The notes under the pieces were generated by a model. It was not told where the DNA came from and did no database searches. It saw nothing but the letters and a program-made list of their open reading frames with translations. The translations under genes were made by a program, and so were the position numbers. Of a stretch of 64,000 bases of DNA, positions 51,404 through 64,000 are shown in pieces; within the stretch, counting starts at the first letter, position 1; every line of letters begins with the position of its first letter. This stretch comes from Coniocarpon cinnabarinum (lineage: Eukaryota): NCBI GenBank assembly GCA_051942205.1, contig JAVECO010000005.1:62001-126000 (forward strand), written 5' to 3'.

Positions 51404-51732
51404 TACCTAGAGATTCCGTCAATGACGCAGGGTAGCAGGCAATGCGGAACTGCGCCGCCCACACGAAAGGGCAGGCCGAGGCCAATCACGACGGTTGGCA
51501 TTCAAACAGTTGTGCACCGGCAATCTCTCCTTCACATGGGATATCTTGTCTCTTCAACTCCGTCATGCAGACCAATCTGGACGAAGAGTACGCTCAGGCG
51601 CCCTGCTTACTGAATTCCTTCCGACCCGCTCCGATCATGTTCCCACCACACCTAATCCGTTCACCTGACCCGCCACCATGCGCGACCTCGAGTGCGGCTT
51701 GCGAACTCTGCCGTTCATTCTTGTGCTCATCA

Positions 51733-53600
51733 TCATAAGTCAATGAGGTTGTTACCACCAGCTTGTTGGCGGTTCTGACCGAAAGGATTGCCGCCACCAA
51801 AGTTCATGGCTGGTCCCGTCTGCGCTGGCTGCATGTGACTTTGCTGAGGCATGCCCGTGTATTGGCTATTCAGGAATGGATTGTTGCCAGTTTGCTGGGC
51901 ACTGATCCCTGTCCGACTAGAGCCTGCTGAATTCACAAATTGGCTGGGCGCTGTGTGTTGCGCTGGTATCCTCATATCGCCAGTGTTGCCGAATGTATCT
52001 TGCCCGTCGCTTGACGCTAGCAATTGATTCAGATTGGCACGATGAGGGTCGACTGGCTTTCCAGTTTGTGCTGGTTGCTGCATCGGCTGTGAAGGGAATG
52101 AGCTAGTGGGTTGCTGCTGCTGCTGCTGCTGCTGAGGCTGAGAAAAGGGTGAGGGCGTGCCGCCGAAGCCGTTGAATGTTGCTGTCTTCTGCTCTTGCAA
52201 AGTGCTGAGAGTAGGTGCGCGCTGGGCGGAGACTGTCTGCTGGGGTCGGCTGACCTGCGTTGCGAAGGGGTTGTTGGATCCTGTGGGCTGTGGCTTCAAG
52301 TTGTCCAAGCCATTTGCAGTTTGCCCCCATGGATTGTTGCTGCCAGTTGGCATTGGCTGTTCTTGAGGCTGCACAGTCTGCTGTGGCTGCATGCTCTGTT
52401 GTGCGTATGGATTGTTCATGCCGAAGCCAGTCTGTTGAGGTTGCATGAACGTATTTTGCGGTTGTTGAAATTGTGCAGTGTGCTGTGGCTGCTGGTAAGG
52501 ATTGTTGCTGCCGTAGCCGTAGCCATTGGGAAAACCCGTTTGCTGAGGTTGCATGCCGGTTGGTTGCGCATACGCATTGTTTAAAAACCCCGTGCTCTGC
52601 TGATCCAGCGGATTTCCATACCAATCGACTGCCGGCTGTTGCTGGTAGCCCTGATTGAAGCCAGTAGGCTGGCTCTGCTGTGGTTGCGACGGTGTGCTGT
52701 CAAAGTCAAATAGATTGGATGCATTTTGGTCTTCAAGCTCTCTTTTGCGCAGTTCCTCTTCCTCTCGACTAAGCTTGAGGGCTTTTGCCAGTTCGTCATC
52801 AGTTTCAGTACTCGGGCCACCTCCTCGTGACTCTCCACGGCGCTTGCGATCCTCTTCTTCTTGGTTCTTGCTAGCTTCCAGCGCCATTTTGAATTCCAAG
52901 TCGTCGTCACTGCTATTTCGCTGAGGCTTTCGTCTACGCCCAGCGTCCTGACCTCCCTCGATAGCAAATTCGTCCAGACCGGTCACACGCTTTTTCCATA
53001 GCTTCTTCTGGTGTCTTTCTGCCCGGAGACGTTCCTCGTCGAGGATGAGTGACGTGAGCTCTTTTGCCGAATGCCGCACTAGATTTCATAAGTACCCATT
53101 CGCAGAAGCACAAAATTGAGTCACCAACCATTCGCGCCGACATCGCGACCTTCTTCATCAACATGCTGGAACTCGCGCAAAGTCTTGATGATGAAAATGT
53201 TCTTCCGCGCCCATGTGACTACCACCTCGGAGCCTTCATGGAGACAGTAATCAAGCACCTTCAATGACTTGAGCACATGACGCCAGTTCTTGCCCTTATC
53301 ATTCATCCTCTTATCAAGCATGTCCATAATCTCGTAAAAGTCCGTTGAGCTGAAGACAATAAGCGCCGAAGGCCTTCTGTATCGAAGAAGAGGAGTTGCT
53401 CACTTGTTATAAGTCATTTGCGCGATTTCACCCATGTCGGTCCCGCTTGGACCCCACGGATCGTTACTCGTGGCTGCTGGTCGTCAGAGAGACTGATGCG
53501 AAAGATTTCAGATGCCACTCTCACCATTGCGAACTTTGACTTGAACGTTTGAATAGCCCTTCGTCACATTCTTGACGCTTCTCACCATGGACTTAGACAT
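51733..53600 (-). CDS. ENT1: Epsin (ENTH domain, two UIMs, QxTG repeats, NPF motifs); 3 introns
   Basis: MSKSMVRSVKNVTKGYSNVQVKVRN-ATSNDPWGP, DKGKNWRHVLKSLKVLDY, DTFGNTGDMRIP and a C-terminal NLIDL clathrin box. Ent1 and Ent2 cannot be distinguished. Confidence 0.93.
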
Positions 53601-54549
53601 GGTGACGGGATTTGAGGGTGAGGTTGTATGAAATCAATGCAGTGCTACAGGTCCCCGGGAGAAAGATTAAGAAGAGAGCGAGGCCAGGTCGAGGAAGAGG
53701 CGCAAACGTCGAAGCGCAGAAGTTCAGCGGCAGGGAAGCTTCCCAAAGTCGCCAAGCCTGGGTTGCCGGTGACGCAACTGGATGACTAGTCTCTGTGAGT
53801 GGTACCTGTGCCCGAAGTTCACCTCGCCTTCGAACTCCGCCTCGTTCGAAGATCTGCAAAGCCAGGGAAAACGTGGTGCGTTTGCACGAGAAAGATGGGC
53901 GCTGGCGCTTGAATCTTGGCAAGCCGTGGCAGTGCCACAATTAGGCCACACGGTGGCAAATCGCCAACGTCAAACGCCCTCAATCCACCTGATGTGAAGC
54001 AGGGATTCGTTCCTTCAAAGCTTCGAGCGAGTAGACAAGCGAAGAAAAGAATGAAGACAGTAGAACCTTCGATCAAAGAATTGCTATCAATATGTTGCAT
54101 TTAACTGAATGCGAGAGCACAGCAGGTCGCCGAATGGCTGCTGCTATTATACAGATATTACCAGCAAGTAGTACGTATGCATGCGACTCGTCACGCTTTT
54201 GGGCTCCCTATGAATTGTCGTGTCCCTGTAAAGATCCATACGCCTTCCATGCGACTTGGCCAAGGCTGCGCTTCGCGACAACCTTTGATCAAGCATAAGT
54301 CATCAGATTCTGCTTTGTCACAAAGCGCCTTTTGCTGGTATTCGTGGGAGGTAAAGAGACTCGTCAGAAATATCATCGCTAATGCCGCTAAAACATCACA
54401 AAATCAAAAATTTGCTGAGTGTACTTGCGCTGGGTGGTAGTAGTGGGTGGATCCGGCTGACAGTGGTCGATTGTTGGTCTGACACTTGTAAGACAAGACC
54501 TGAGCTGCTATGCCGCATCTGCCGTGACAGAAGCCACGCGGTACGTCTG

Positions 54550-55935
<1,386 letters not shown>

Positions 55936-56705
55936 AGTGACGTTCTTTTGCATGCGAAATTCAGAAAAAAACGATCAGAGGCCTGATCGTCGACTACCAA
56001 GAGTCTGCAAGTGCATGCGAGCTCTTACTAACCACGAGTGTAAGTATTCCCCTGCTAACACACGACCTGCACCTGCGCGTTACGTCGGGAGAGACGCGCC
56101 TGGGCAAGAGCTGCCTCGATTGTAGAAGGCGAAAGAGCAGGGCAACGCCAATGGGACAGGAGACCGAAGGAGCGGACAGATGCAACGACGCGCTTGTCAG
56201 CCGGTGCAGTGCGAGAGAGAGCCTGGACTGGACGATGATGGGTCAGCTGGAGAATGATGGAGAGACAACGCGTGCGACAGGGGTAAAGCAAAGGAAGGTC
56301 AAAGCAGCCATGCGAGGCTGAGAGAGAGCAACGAGCGCATGAAGGAGAGACAAAGTGGAATGCAACTTGGAGCGACCGGGGAGGTACTGACCTTGAGGGC
56401 GAGCACGAGAGGAGAGATGACAACACGTACTCAGAGCGCGCGAGGGTTCTGACGCTCTGGCCACGTATCGGATTGGATTGTTGTCCAAGCTTTGTACTTG
56501 CCTGAGCTGTGGGCTGTAGGAAAGAGTAGGAGAGGAAGCGTGCGCGGGCAGGGCGGCTCGCTGGGTGCGCTGAGTGCTCGGCGCTAGTCGGCGCTAGTCG
56601 GTGCCAGCCCTTCTTCCGGTCTAGCGCGCGCCCAATTAGATCTCGCCTTCTGTCCCGGCAACCTGTCCACTCCCAGCGCTCTTCTCTCCTCGTCTCTCTT
56701 CTCTG

Positions 56706-56728
56706 TGCTGCTGCTGCTGCTGCTGCTC
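56706..56728 (+). repeat. (CTG)n microsatellite of about 7 units
   Basis: tgctgctgctgctgctgctgctc. Confidence 0.85.
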
Positions 56729-59700
56729 GGCGCCCGGGGTTGTTGCTGGCTCACTGCGTGAATGTGCCCGCGATCCTTCAGTCTGCCTGTTTGTCTGTTG
56801 GGGGCTGTCCTCGCAGATTGAGACGCAAGATCTTGTTGCTGCTGCAGCAGCTACTGCAGACGGGTCCGTCCGGTGTTGTTTGCGGAGTGCACTGGCGAGG
56901 TCTGCAGCGCGCTTGCCTGCAGAGTGCTACTAGGCTGGGAGGCGTGGGCGGTCTATCCGTGTGCCTGTTGTTATTTGGGGCTCCTCGTTTTCGCGCGTCT
57001 GTGAGCGCGGCAGGCGGTCGTTCCCGAATTGGCTTCTGTGACGACTGTTTTCAAGGTCTGTCTGCCGCGCGTGTGGGGTGGCTCAGAATACTGGCGGTCA
57101 GCCGATGAGTGGGGTGGAGTGAAGTCGGCCGGACGGAGTAGAGTGTGGCTGCAGTCCATCAATTCGTAATCATAGTGGGCCCTCTGATTGACCGTGGTCG
57201 GGGATGCAAGGTGAGGCGAAGGGCGTAGGAGAAGGAGAGATGCAGGACGTGAGCGTGAAATGTCGTGGAAGGAACCCCTTCCCAGCTCCCACGTGGAACT
57301 CGCGTGCTTTATTACATAGGCCACCGCTGATCACTTCACTAAAACTGACGGAGCCTGCACGGGCATCATTGGCTCCCTCGCGACGATGGTCTGTACTGAA
57401 ACCACCCACTCCCGCGGGCGGTTCACCAGCGTCCACCCCGGCCCGCGCAATGACCATACTCAAGATCAGCGCCTGCCACACCTTTCTCAAACGAGCAAAT
57501 GTCGGGCCTACACATGTCGTCTTGCCGCTCCCATCGCGCCCTCGAGCTTTCATGACTCACGCAGACCGGTTGGTGGAAGCGGCTGTCAGGCCTGTTGAGC
57601 CTCGTTGTGATTGGGATCTGAGCGAGGACGCTCGAGAGACGCAGCAGTCCGTGCTTCCTAATAACACGTTCGATCTGAATTCAGTATTTATTTCCAGAAG
57701 ATCCAGTGCAGTATGAATTACATATGTATAACATGCACGCCTTTTGTATTTGGGGCAAGTATTCTTCGCATCTACCAAATGTCACACGTCCTAAGAATAC
57801 CAAATACCGCTGAATTGCATCGGACAGTTGCCTGAATTCGTAAAGATCCAGAAAACCCGTCGTGGCACCGAGACCTGTCCGCGGGCTCGCTCTCGATACA
57901 TGAGTGTTCCTTCTCTTCCTTCATTGGAACAAGAATATGGTTCACGGATGCAGATGTTAAGTCTGACACGCCACGAGATGCACCAAATCATCAACACTGA
58001 CCACTATTCCCAGAAGCTCTTGCTGACTTGCATCCAGCGTGCATTTGCCAAGATCTAATGATCTTTCTGCAAGCCACTCAATTACCTACCGAAATCATGG
58101 TTAGCGGCAAGTACCTGCATCGAGCCCGTCGCGGCCGATTGCCAGAAGAGCCTCTGTCAGTGACGTTGAATTCCGGAGGGATTTGATACACCAGGAAAAA
58201 ATCTGCGAAGAAATGCAAGCTTATCCCGCGTGCAAAAGCTAGACAACGCATGATTTCTGCAAGAGCAACGCACGCACCTGCGTACCCGTGTATCATAAAT
58301 CAGTTACAGGGCGAAGAATTCAGCTAGAGCAGGGCCAACCAAATTTGCAATATGGCGTGTATTCAAGCGGTGACACAGCTGAACAAGGTTCACCGCGCTT
58401 ATCCATGAGCCGAAACGTGGGTGGGATACGTGTCAGCCACACCGCACTTCGGCACGCGCATCTCCAGTGGCAGCCGTCTGGCCAGCTTCGCTTTTTCTTC
58501 GTCACCACAAGTAAGTAGGTGAGAATTAGGCAGCGGCTCAGTGAGCGTTCTGTATGCAGCAAACCGCGCAGTCCGACTTGCGAGAGCCAGGCTTCGCCCA
58601 AGACTGCAAAAGATGCGGAGAGTGCGGGCGTTGAGCAAGGATTGGGGGCCTACACGGAAGCCAAGCATGTGCAGTGAGCCTGAGACATTGGAGACGGGTC
58701 AGATGGCGCGGCGCGTGTCTAGGGCCGCTGGTCGTCATTCTCTTGCAGGCCCCGTTGGCGTACAGCTGGCTCAGATTCGTGACAGTGAGAGATCTGACTC
58801 AGATACTTGCCAGCAATCTGTGAAAGTGGAGCGACAGGTTTCGTAGAGTAGCATGATCTTCAATGGTGTTGGATCCCCAGGGATGGCGAAGATCTCGCGT
58901 GGGCGAGACGGAAGCCTTGGTGAGACGACGATCCTCTGTGCCGGGAAGAAGCTCGGAGCCGAGAGCCTGCGAGCTCAGTGCCGCGCCAGAGGTGGTTCAG
59001 CTAGGCGTTTGTTCCATACAGGAAGTTCATGTTGGGATCTGACAGCAGAGAAGTGAAGATTGGGCGGCGCGCGAAGGGCAGGGCAGTACGGACTAGTCGA
59101 AACACGACGAGCGGTTGTTGGCGAGTGGGCAGGGATGTGGCTCACCACGTGGCAGATGGCAGACCGCTGCATGCAGGCACCGGCAGGGTCCAACAGCGCG
59201 ACGCCAATGACTCGCCTGCACAAGAGACAAGAGACCAGAGGCATCATCCCGACCTGACGCTCACTCCTGGTCCATGCACGCCCACTCGCTCGCGCACAGC
59301 AAGTCACACCTGTTCGAGCAGGGAAAGATCCATGTCGATCAGCGTGCCCGCCCTCGTGCCCTCCACGTGCGCAGACGCCACGACCGTTTCTCGAAGGATC
59401 TCTGTCCACTCTTTACCGCCTTCGCCAGCACGGCTCACCCACACGAGCCGGGACGGTCAGGCCGACAAGGATTGCATGGCTACTCGGACGAGGCCGCGAG
59501 AAGGCGCACGCTGTCGACAAGCTCTGGGGCTCATAGCCGACTGCTCTGTCCGGCGCCTGACGTACGTCTAGCTCGCGGTTTGATGCAGATCCCTCTTTCC
59601 GCTTCCTTGCATCGACTTCATGCAAGCACTTCTCCTGTCCGCGGACACCGTGAAGAATCTTGGCAGCTCAGGATGCCATTGAGGCCATCTCTGCCACTTC

Positions 59701-61223
59701 TTCACATGTGCGCTGTTTGTCATTTGTCGACTTCTCGCCGTGCCCGGGTTGCAACTCTCGAGCTTCCCAGCCGCGGGGCATCCATATACGGATCGATTGA
59801 CGAGTGCATGCTGTAGCCACAACGAGAGCCGGCCCTTTCGCCCGAGAAGCGCTTGAGAAACAAAAACCGAGCCCGCAGGTCCGCTCCGTGTTCAGGTAAA
59901 CGGTCAGACTCTGGGACTGGGGGACATGGGGGCTGGAGCCTGGCCGAGCGGCTGACACAAAGCCACACGCTGTCCCGAGCCCGCGCTTTGATGGGCCTCT
60001 GTGCTCTGGTTTCTTTCAATGCTTGCCCCGGTCCGCATCCCTGTCTGCGCGCAGGCTCTCACGCCACGAAGCTTCCTACCCGCGCGTCAGCGACTAACAT
60101 GGGGGCATTTGACGCCCTGGTGTCCGCAGCAGCTCTTCCGACGTAGCATGCATGCGAACACCATGTTGTGGATTGTCGTGATCGCACCAGTGGGCGTTCA
60201 ACACGTGCAGGCAAATACGCGTATAACATTTGCGTGATGATCCCCCTTTAGCAGGAGCTGAATGTGGAAGTCCGTGCGCGAGCCGAGACGAGCACTCTAT
60301 CTGGGTCAGTCCTCACACGATCAAAGCTTCTCCACGGCTGTAAGCTGCATTTGAACTACACATGGTATTGTGATGCGGTATTATGGTTGAGTAAGGAAAT
60401 GCCCACTCCCTAGCAGACGCAAGCATGGGCTATGAGACGGCAGGTAGATTCCGCATAGCTAGCTTACATTCTTGCCTACCTGCGTGCTTCTTAGATGTCT
60501 TGATATGACCAATCCTGGTCCTCGCACATCTGTATGTGCTGCATTTGCAATGCCTTCCGCGATGCGAGATCGGCCGTCAGTCATTGCGGACACCCACACG
60601 CGTCACCTCAGCTTACAACAATGCCTGTATTCATCACGCATGTCATTGTGTTGAGCGGAATCCCCCAGCCAGGATTGTACCGATGCATTAATTACGGGAT
60701 GCATCGTGGTCGAGGATGCTCTCGTACTCAAAGATCATCGTTGAATTAGTCTCGTCCCAACACGCTAAGCGTGTTCCAGCTCCAGGTCTTCAATGAGAGA
60801 GGGTGTAAAGATCGAGCGAGGAGTAAGGACGTGTGTAAGGAGCGCAAAGGACGAAATCGCAAGTTTATAGACTGTCACGTTCGGCCTCTGCATGTGAGCG
60901 ACGCGTTCCATGTCTTTACTTTTCCAATCACTGCCATCTCCGTGTTCAGTGGACCGCTGCAGCTCGAAGAGGATTTTTGCTTCAGCCTCGAGGTGCAACG
61001 CGAAGCATTCAGTCGCAAGCTGATCATGCACAAATTTCTGAAAGGCTGGGTTGCCTGACTTTCTTCTTACTCAACGTTGGAAAAGGACTAGCACACTGGC
61101 GCATAAGACTTCTAGATTCGATATTGTGATTCTTCGCTGATTGGCGCGTTTGCAACGTGATATTTTTACGCTTTCGCACACTTTGTTGCAAGACGGTGAA
61201 ATTCTGAGAGTGAATTGTTGGAG

Positions 61224-63061
61224 ATGTCGCTTTTCGGAGGGCCGGTCGGTCCAAGCTCACCGCCAACATCATCCCCACCTCCTCCCGCCAGTCCATCGTC
61301 TTCAAGCCCAGCGGCTGCGCAACTGAGTAGCCAGTCACCCTCTGTGTCGTCTGAAAACGATGCTTTCGAAACAGACGCAGAAGAAGAAGTTCTCCAATCT
61401 GCCTCTCCGGTGCCTGTGTCGGAGCGAAGATCCAACAAATCCATCCGACGATGGCAACGACAAACGAGGCCCTACCGCGACATCTTCAACGCAATTCAGC
61501 GTGAAGAGAATGACGATTTGAGTATACATTTGTTCAATGCGCATGTACTGAAGAGGCGGACATATGAGCCAGAGTACAGAGGGCAAAACGATCACTATAC
61601 TCAAACGAGGGCAAAGCGAAGGTTGCGATCGAAAGAAGAATGGACTCCATCGCGCAAATGGACAGCATGGCCGCTCAAGCTGCAGGATCTGCCATTAGAG
61701 AGTGAGCGATGGGGAGAACCCAGGAACCCCGAGCAGACGCTCAAGGCTCGGATGCAGAATGTCCACAGCGCGAGACCAAGTGATGAGTTAAGAGAGGTCA
61801 TGGTTGCCGAGGCCGTGAGAATGTCGCGAAGCATCCTTGCGCAATTGAAGCACGAGCAGAAGAACGACGTCTACAACGATACACGGCAATCTCCTCGGGC
61901 CGCGGAAGCCAGCGATTCGGATTCGTCAGATGTCTCTACGAGCCAACAATCCGAAGCTTCTATGGAAACAGAACGAAATGAGCGCCCTTCGAGCGACACC
62001 GCTGGAAGAGACTACACACCCACACCGCCCCTAGATGACGAAGTTACTGAAAAGGCCTTACAGCCCATCATCTCGAGCACTCTTGCAGACCTGGATCGGC
62101 TACTTTGTGCTCTCTATCACCCGCGCCCCATTAACCCTCAATCTCGAGGTAATGACACGGGGACGGTTGATGGTTCAATCCAAGAATATGGTGGTGACGG
62201 CTCCGGCGTCTCGACGGGTAATCTGACTGCCAAAAGACGCTCAAACAAAGCCAATCCTCGCGACTGGAGCGAAGTGCTTGGCCTGGCCTCCCAGCTTGGC
62301 TGGCCTGAAAGTGTTGTCAAAGCCGCGCAGAGACGATGCGAGGGCCTCTTCGGGGAACAGATGACCTTTCAAAGCGTATCAGAAGAAGGCAGACTGCCGG
62401 CTGAGAGTACCAAAACGACTACTTCAAGTCTGCCCCGAGAGGAATCAGACGCCATACCTTCCATTGAAACAGGAGACTTCCTTCCCAGAAGCTCTTCGAA
62501 GGCTGCTCAGGGCTGGAAATGCCCAGAGGCTGCGTGTTCAGAGAAACGCAAATTCTTCTCCTCACGCGAAGAGTGGCTCCATCATATTGAGTCTGCGCAC
62601 GGCTACACTTATCACGGCGCTGAGACGGTAGTCGAGATGAACGGACCACAGCATGGCGTCAATGAGCTTTGCTGCCCTGACCCGGACTGTCAGCGCCATG
62701 AGTGGCCCTTTCCGACGCAGTGGCGCCTCAATGAACATATGAAAAGGTCGCATGGCGCCACTAAGACACCACGATTGTCCTCGTCGCCCTCGTCAGCTAG
62801 ACGAAGCACGACGCCAGACGTTGGCTCTACCGCGGATGCAATGTTTGGTACGTGGACTTTGCTCAGACAATGATGCACTTCTACTGCGATGGGTATCCTC
62901 GAGGTTATTTCTTGAAAGCGACGGAGTGGCATCAACTTACACCCGTTGATACAGCTTGCTAACCGCTTACAATAGGTGGAGTCCACGTAAATGGATATCT
63001 GGAGCCATTTGAGGCTCTCACGAGACGACGACCTTCACGAAGCGTTTCTCGTGCCAGTTGA
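61224..63061 (+). CDS. RRN9: RNA polymerase I initiation factor Rrn9-domain protein with two C2H2-like fingers (2 exons)
   Basis: DDLSIHLFNAHVLKRR, WTPSRKWTAWPL and RDWSEVLGLA...GWPESVVKAAQRRCEGLFGE. After a GTACGT..TAG intron the frame continues GGVHVNGYLEP. Confidence 0.8.
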
Positions 63062-63540
63062 TGTAAGACGAGGACGACAATGAGTCAAAGCCACAGTGCT
63101 GTTGTCCGCTTGTGCTGCGGGTAGTCGTACCTGAATTCTCCACGACAGTTTGCATCGAGCTGACCTTAATCACCGGTAACTATTTGCACAGCGTCCCTGT
63201 CATCTGGAGATGACAGCACTAGCTCATTATTGGGCTCTATCTTGATTCCAAGTACCCGCAGAAAGAACGCAAAAGCACTTGTCCATACCCTCAATCTTGC
63301 TCTATCTCGACGCGTAACACAAATTATATGCGGGACGATTGGGCGTCTGGTCAATCATATGTACATATCCCAGCATCCTCAAACTTCTCGGAATCCTTAT
63401 CCTGCATCGCACCCCATTCCTGCTCCCCACGTATGGCATGCTCCCAACATCAAGTCCTCTCCCATCGCAACACAGTTCTCACACACCTACACACCACCCT
63501 CTGGACTAGCAACAAAATACACCACCTCGCATACCACCCA

Positions 63541-64000
63541 CTAATCACACCTCCCCCAAGTCCACCGCCCCGTCCAAAACTGCCACGATAACACACACCA
63601 CTCCCCAACCACAAAGAAATACCCAACCGCCCTCAAGATCCTCCCCTGTGCCTCCACACTCGCAATCACCGCGTCATAACTCTGATCGCTGAACGAGACG
63701 CGCGCGTACTGCGTCTCGAACCCGGTCCACGGGGCGTACACGCTGAGTTTTTCTTCGACGGCCTTGCGGAGGCGGTACGTGCGCGAGGTGACGCCCGCGC
63801 GCATTTCGTGGAAGTTTTGCAGACTCAGACTCACGATTGAGTGGGCGGCGGGGACGCGGACGTCGCTGTATTTCGCGAGGGCTCCGCGGAGATGGGGGTC
63901 AGATGGTGGCATTGGGGGGCGTGACTTCGTGTCGACGGAATGGAAGGGAGGTGGTGAGGAGAGGGTTTGATTATCGAGGATGGAGAACAGGACGCGGACG
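63541..64000 (-). CDS. BNA4: Kynurenine 3-monooxygenase, 3' part (truncated by window edge)
   Basis: VRVLFSILD...ALAKYSDVRVPAAHSIVSLSLQNFHEMRAGVTS...LRKAVEEKL...TQYARVSFS. Confidence 0.85.
   Translation of the reverse strand, partial: VRVLFSILDNQTLSSPPPFHSVDTKSRPPMPPSDPHLRGALAKYSDVRVPAAHSIVSLSLQNFHEMRAGVTSRTYRLRKAVEEKLSVYAPWTGFETQYARVSFSDQSYDAVIASVEAQGRILRAVGYFFVVGEWCVLSWQFWTGRWTWGRCD

Overview
Gene-dense segment of a filamentous ascomycete (Pezizomycotina) nuclear chromosome, with short GT-AG introns and CTRAC branch sites. About 25 protein-coding genes are supported. Housekeeping genes include a Pcl1-type cyclin, TMA46, ERV14, PRP17, the complex I 51 kDa subunit, RIB3, epsin, RRN9 and the 3' end of kynurenine 3-monooxygenase. 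Accessory genes include DJ-1/PfpI, a LovD-like esterase, two alpha/beta hydrolases, a cupin, two Zn2Cys6 factors, RTA1 and a STAND-N/HeLo-like protein. The most notable unexplained signals are: (1) a 106-codon in-frame continuation after the cyclin TAG that encodes three 27-aa CHRRQ(S/N)A repeats with synonymous divergence; (2) an ATG-free stretch of about 1.4 kb upstream of the same gene; (3) a degenerate array of about 11 units of 120-165 bp at 45.2-46.8 kb; (4) a Tc1/mariner-type MITE upstream of RIB3; (5) an AT-hook protein whose spliced N-terminus resembles that of Ame1/CENP-U; (6) an in-frame stop in the STAND-N gene. Family assignments come from motif recognition only; no searches were run.
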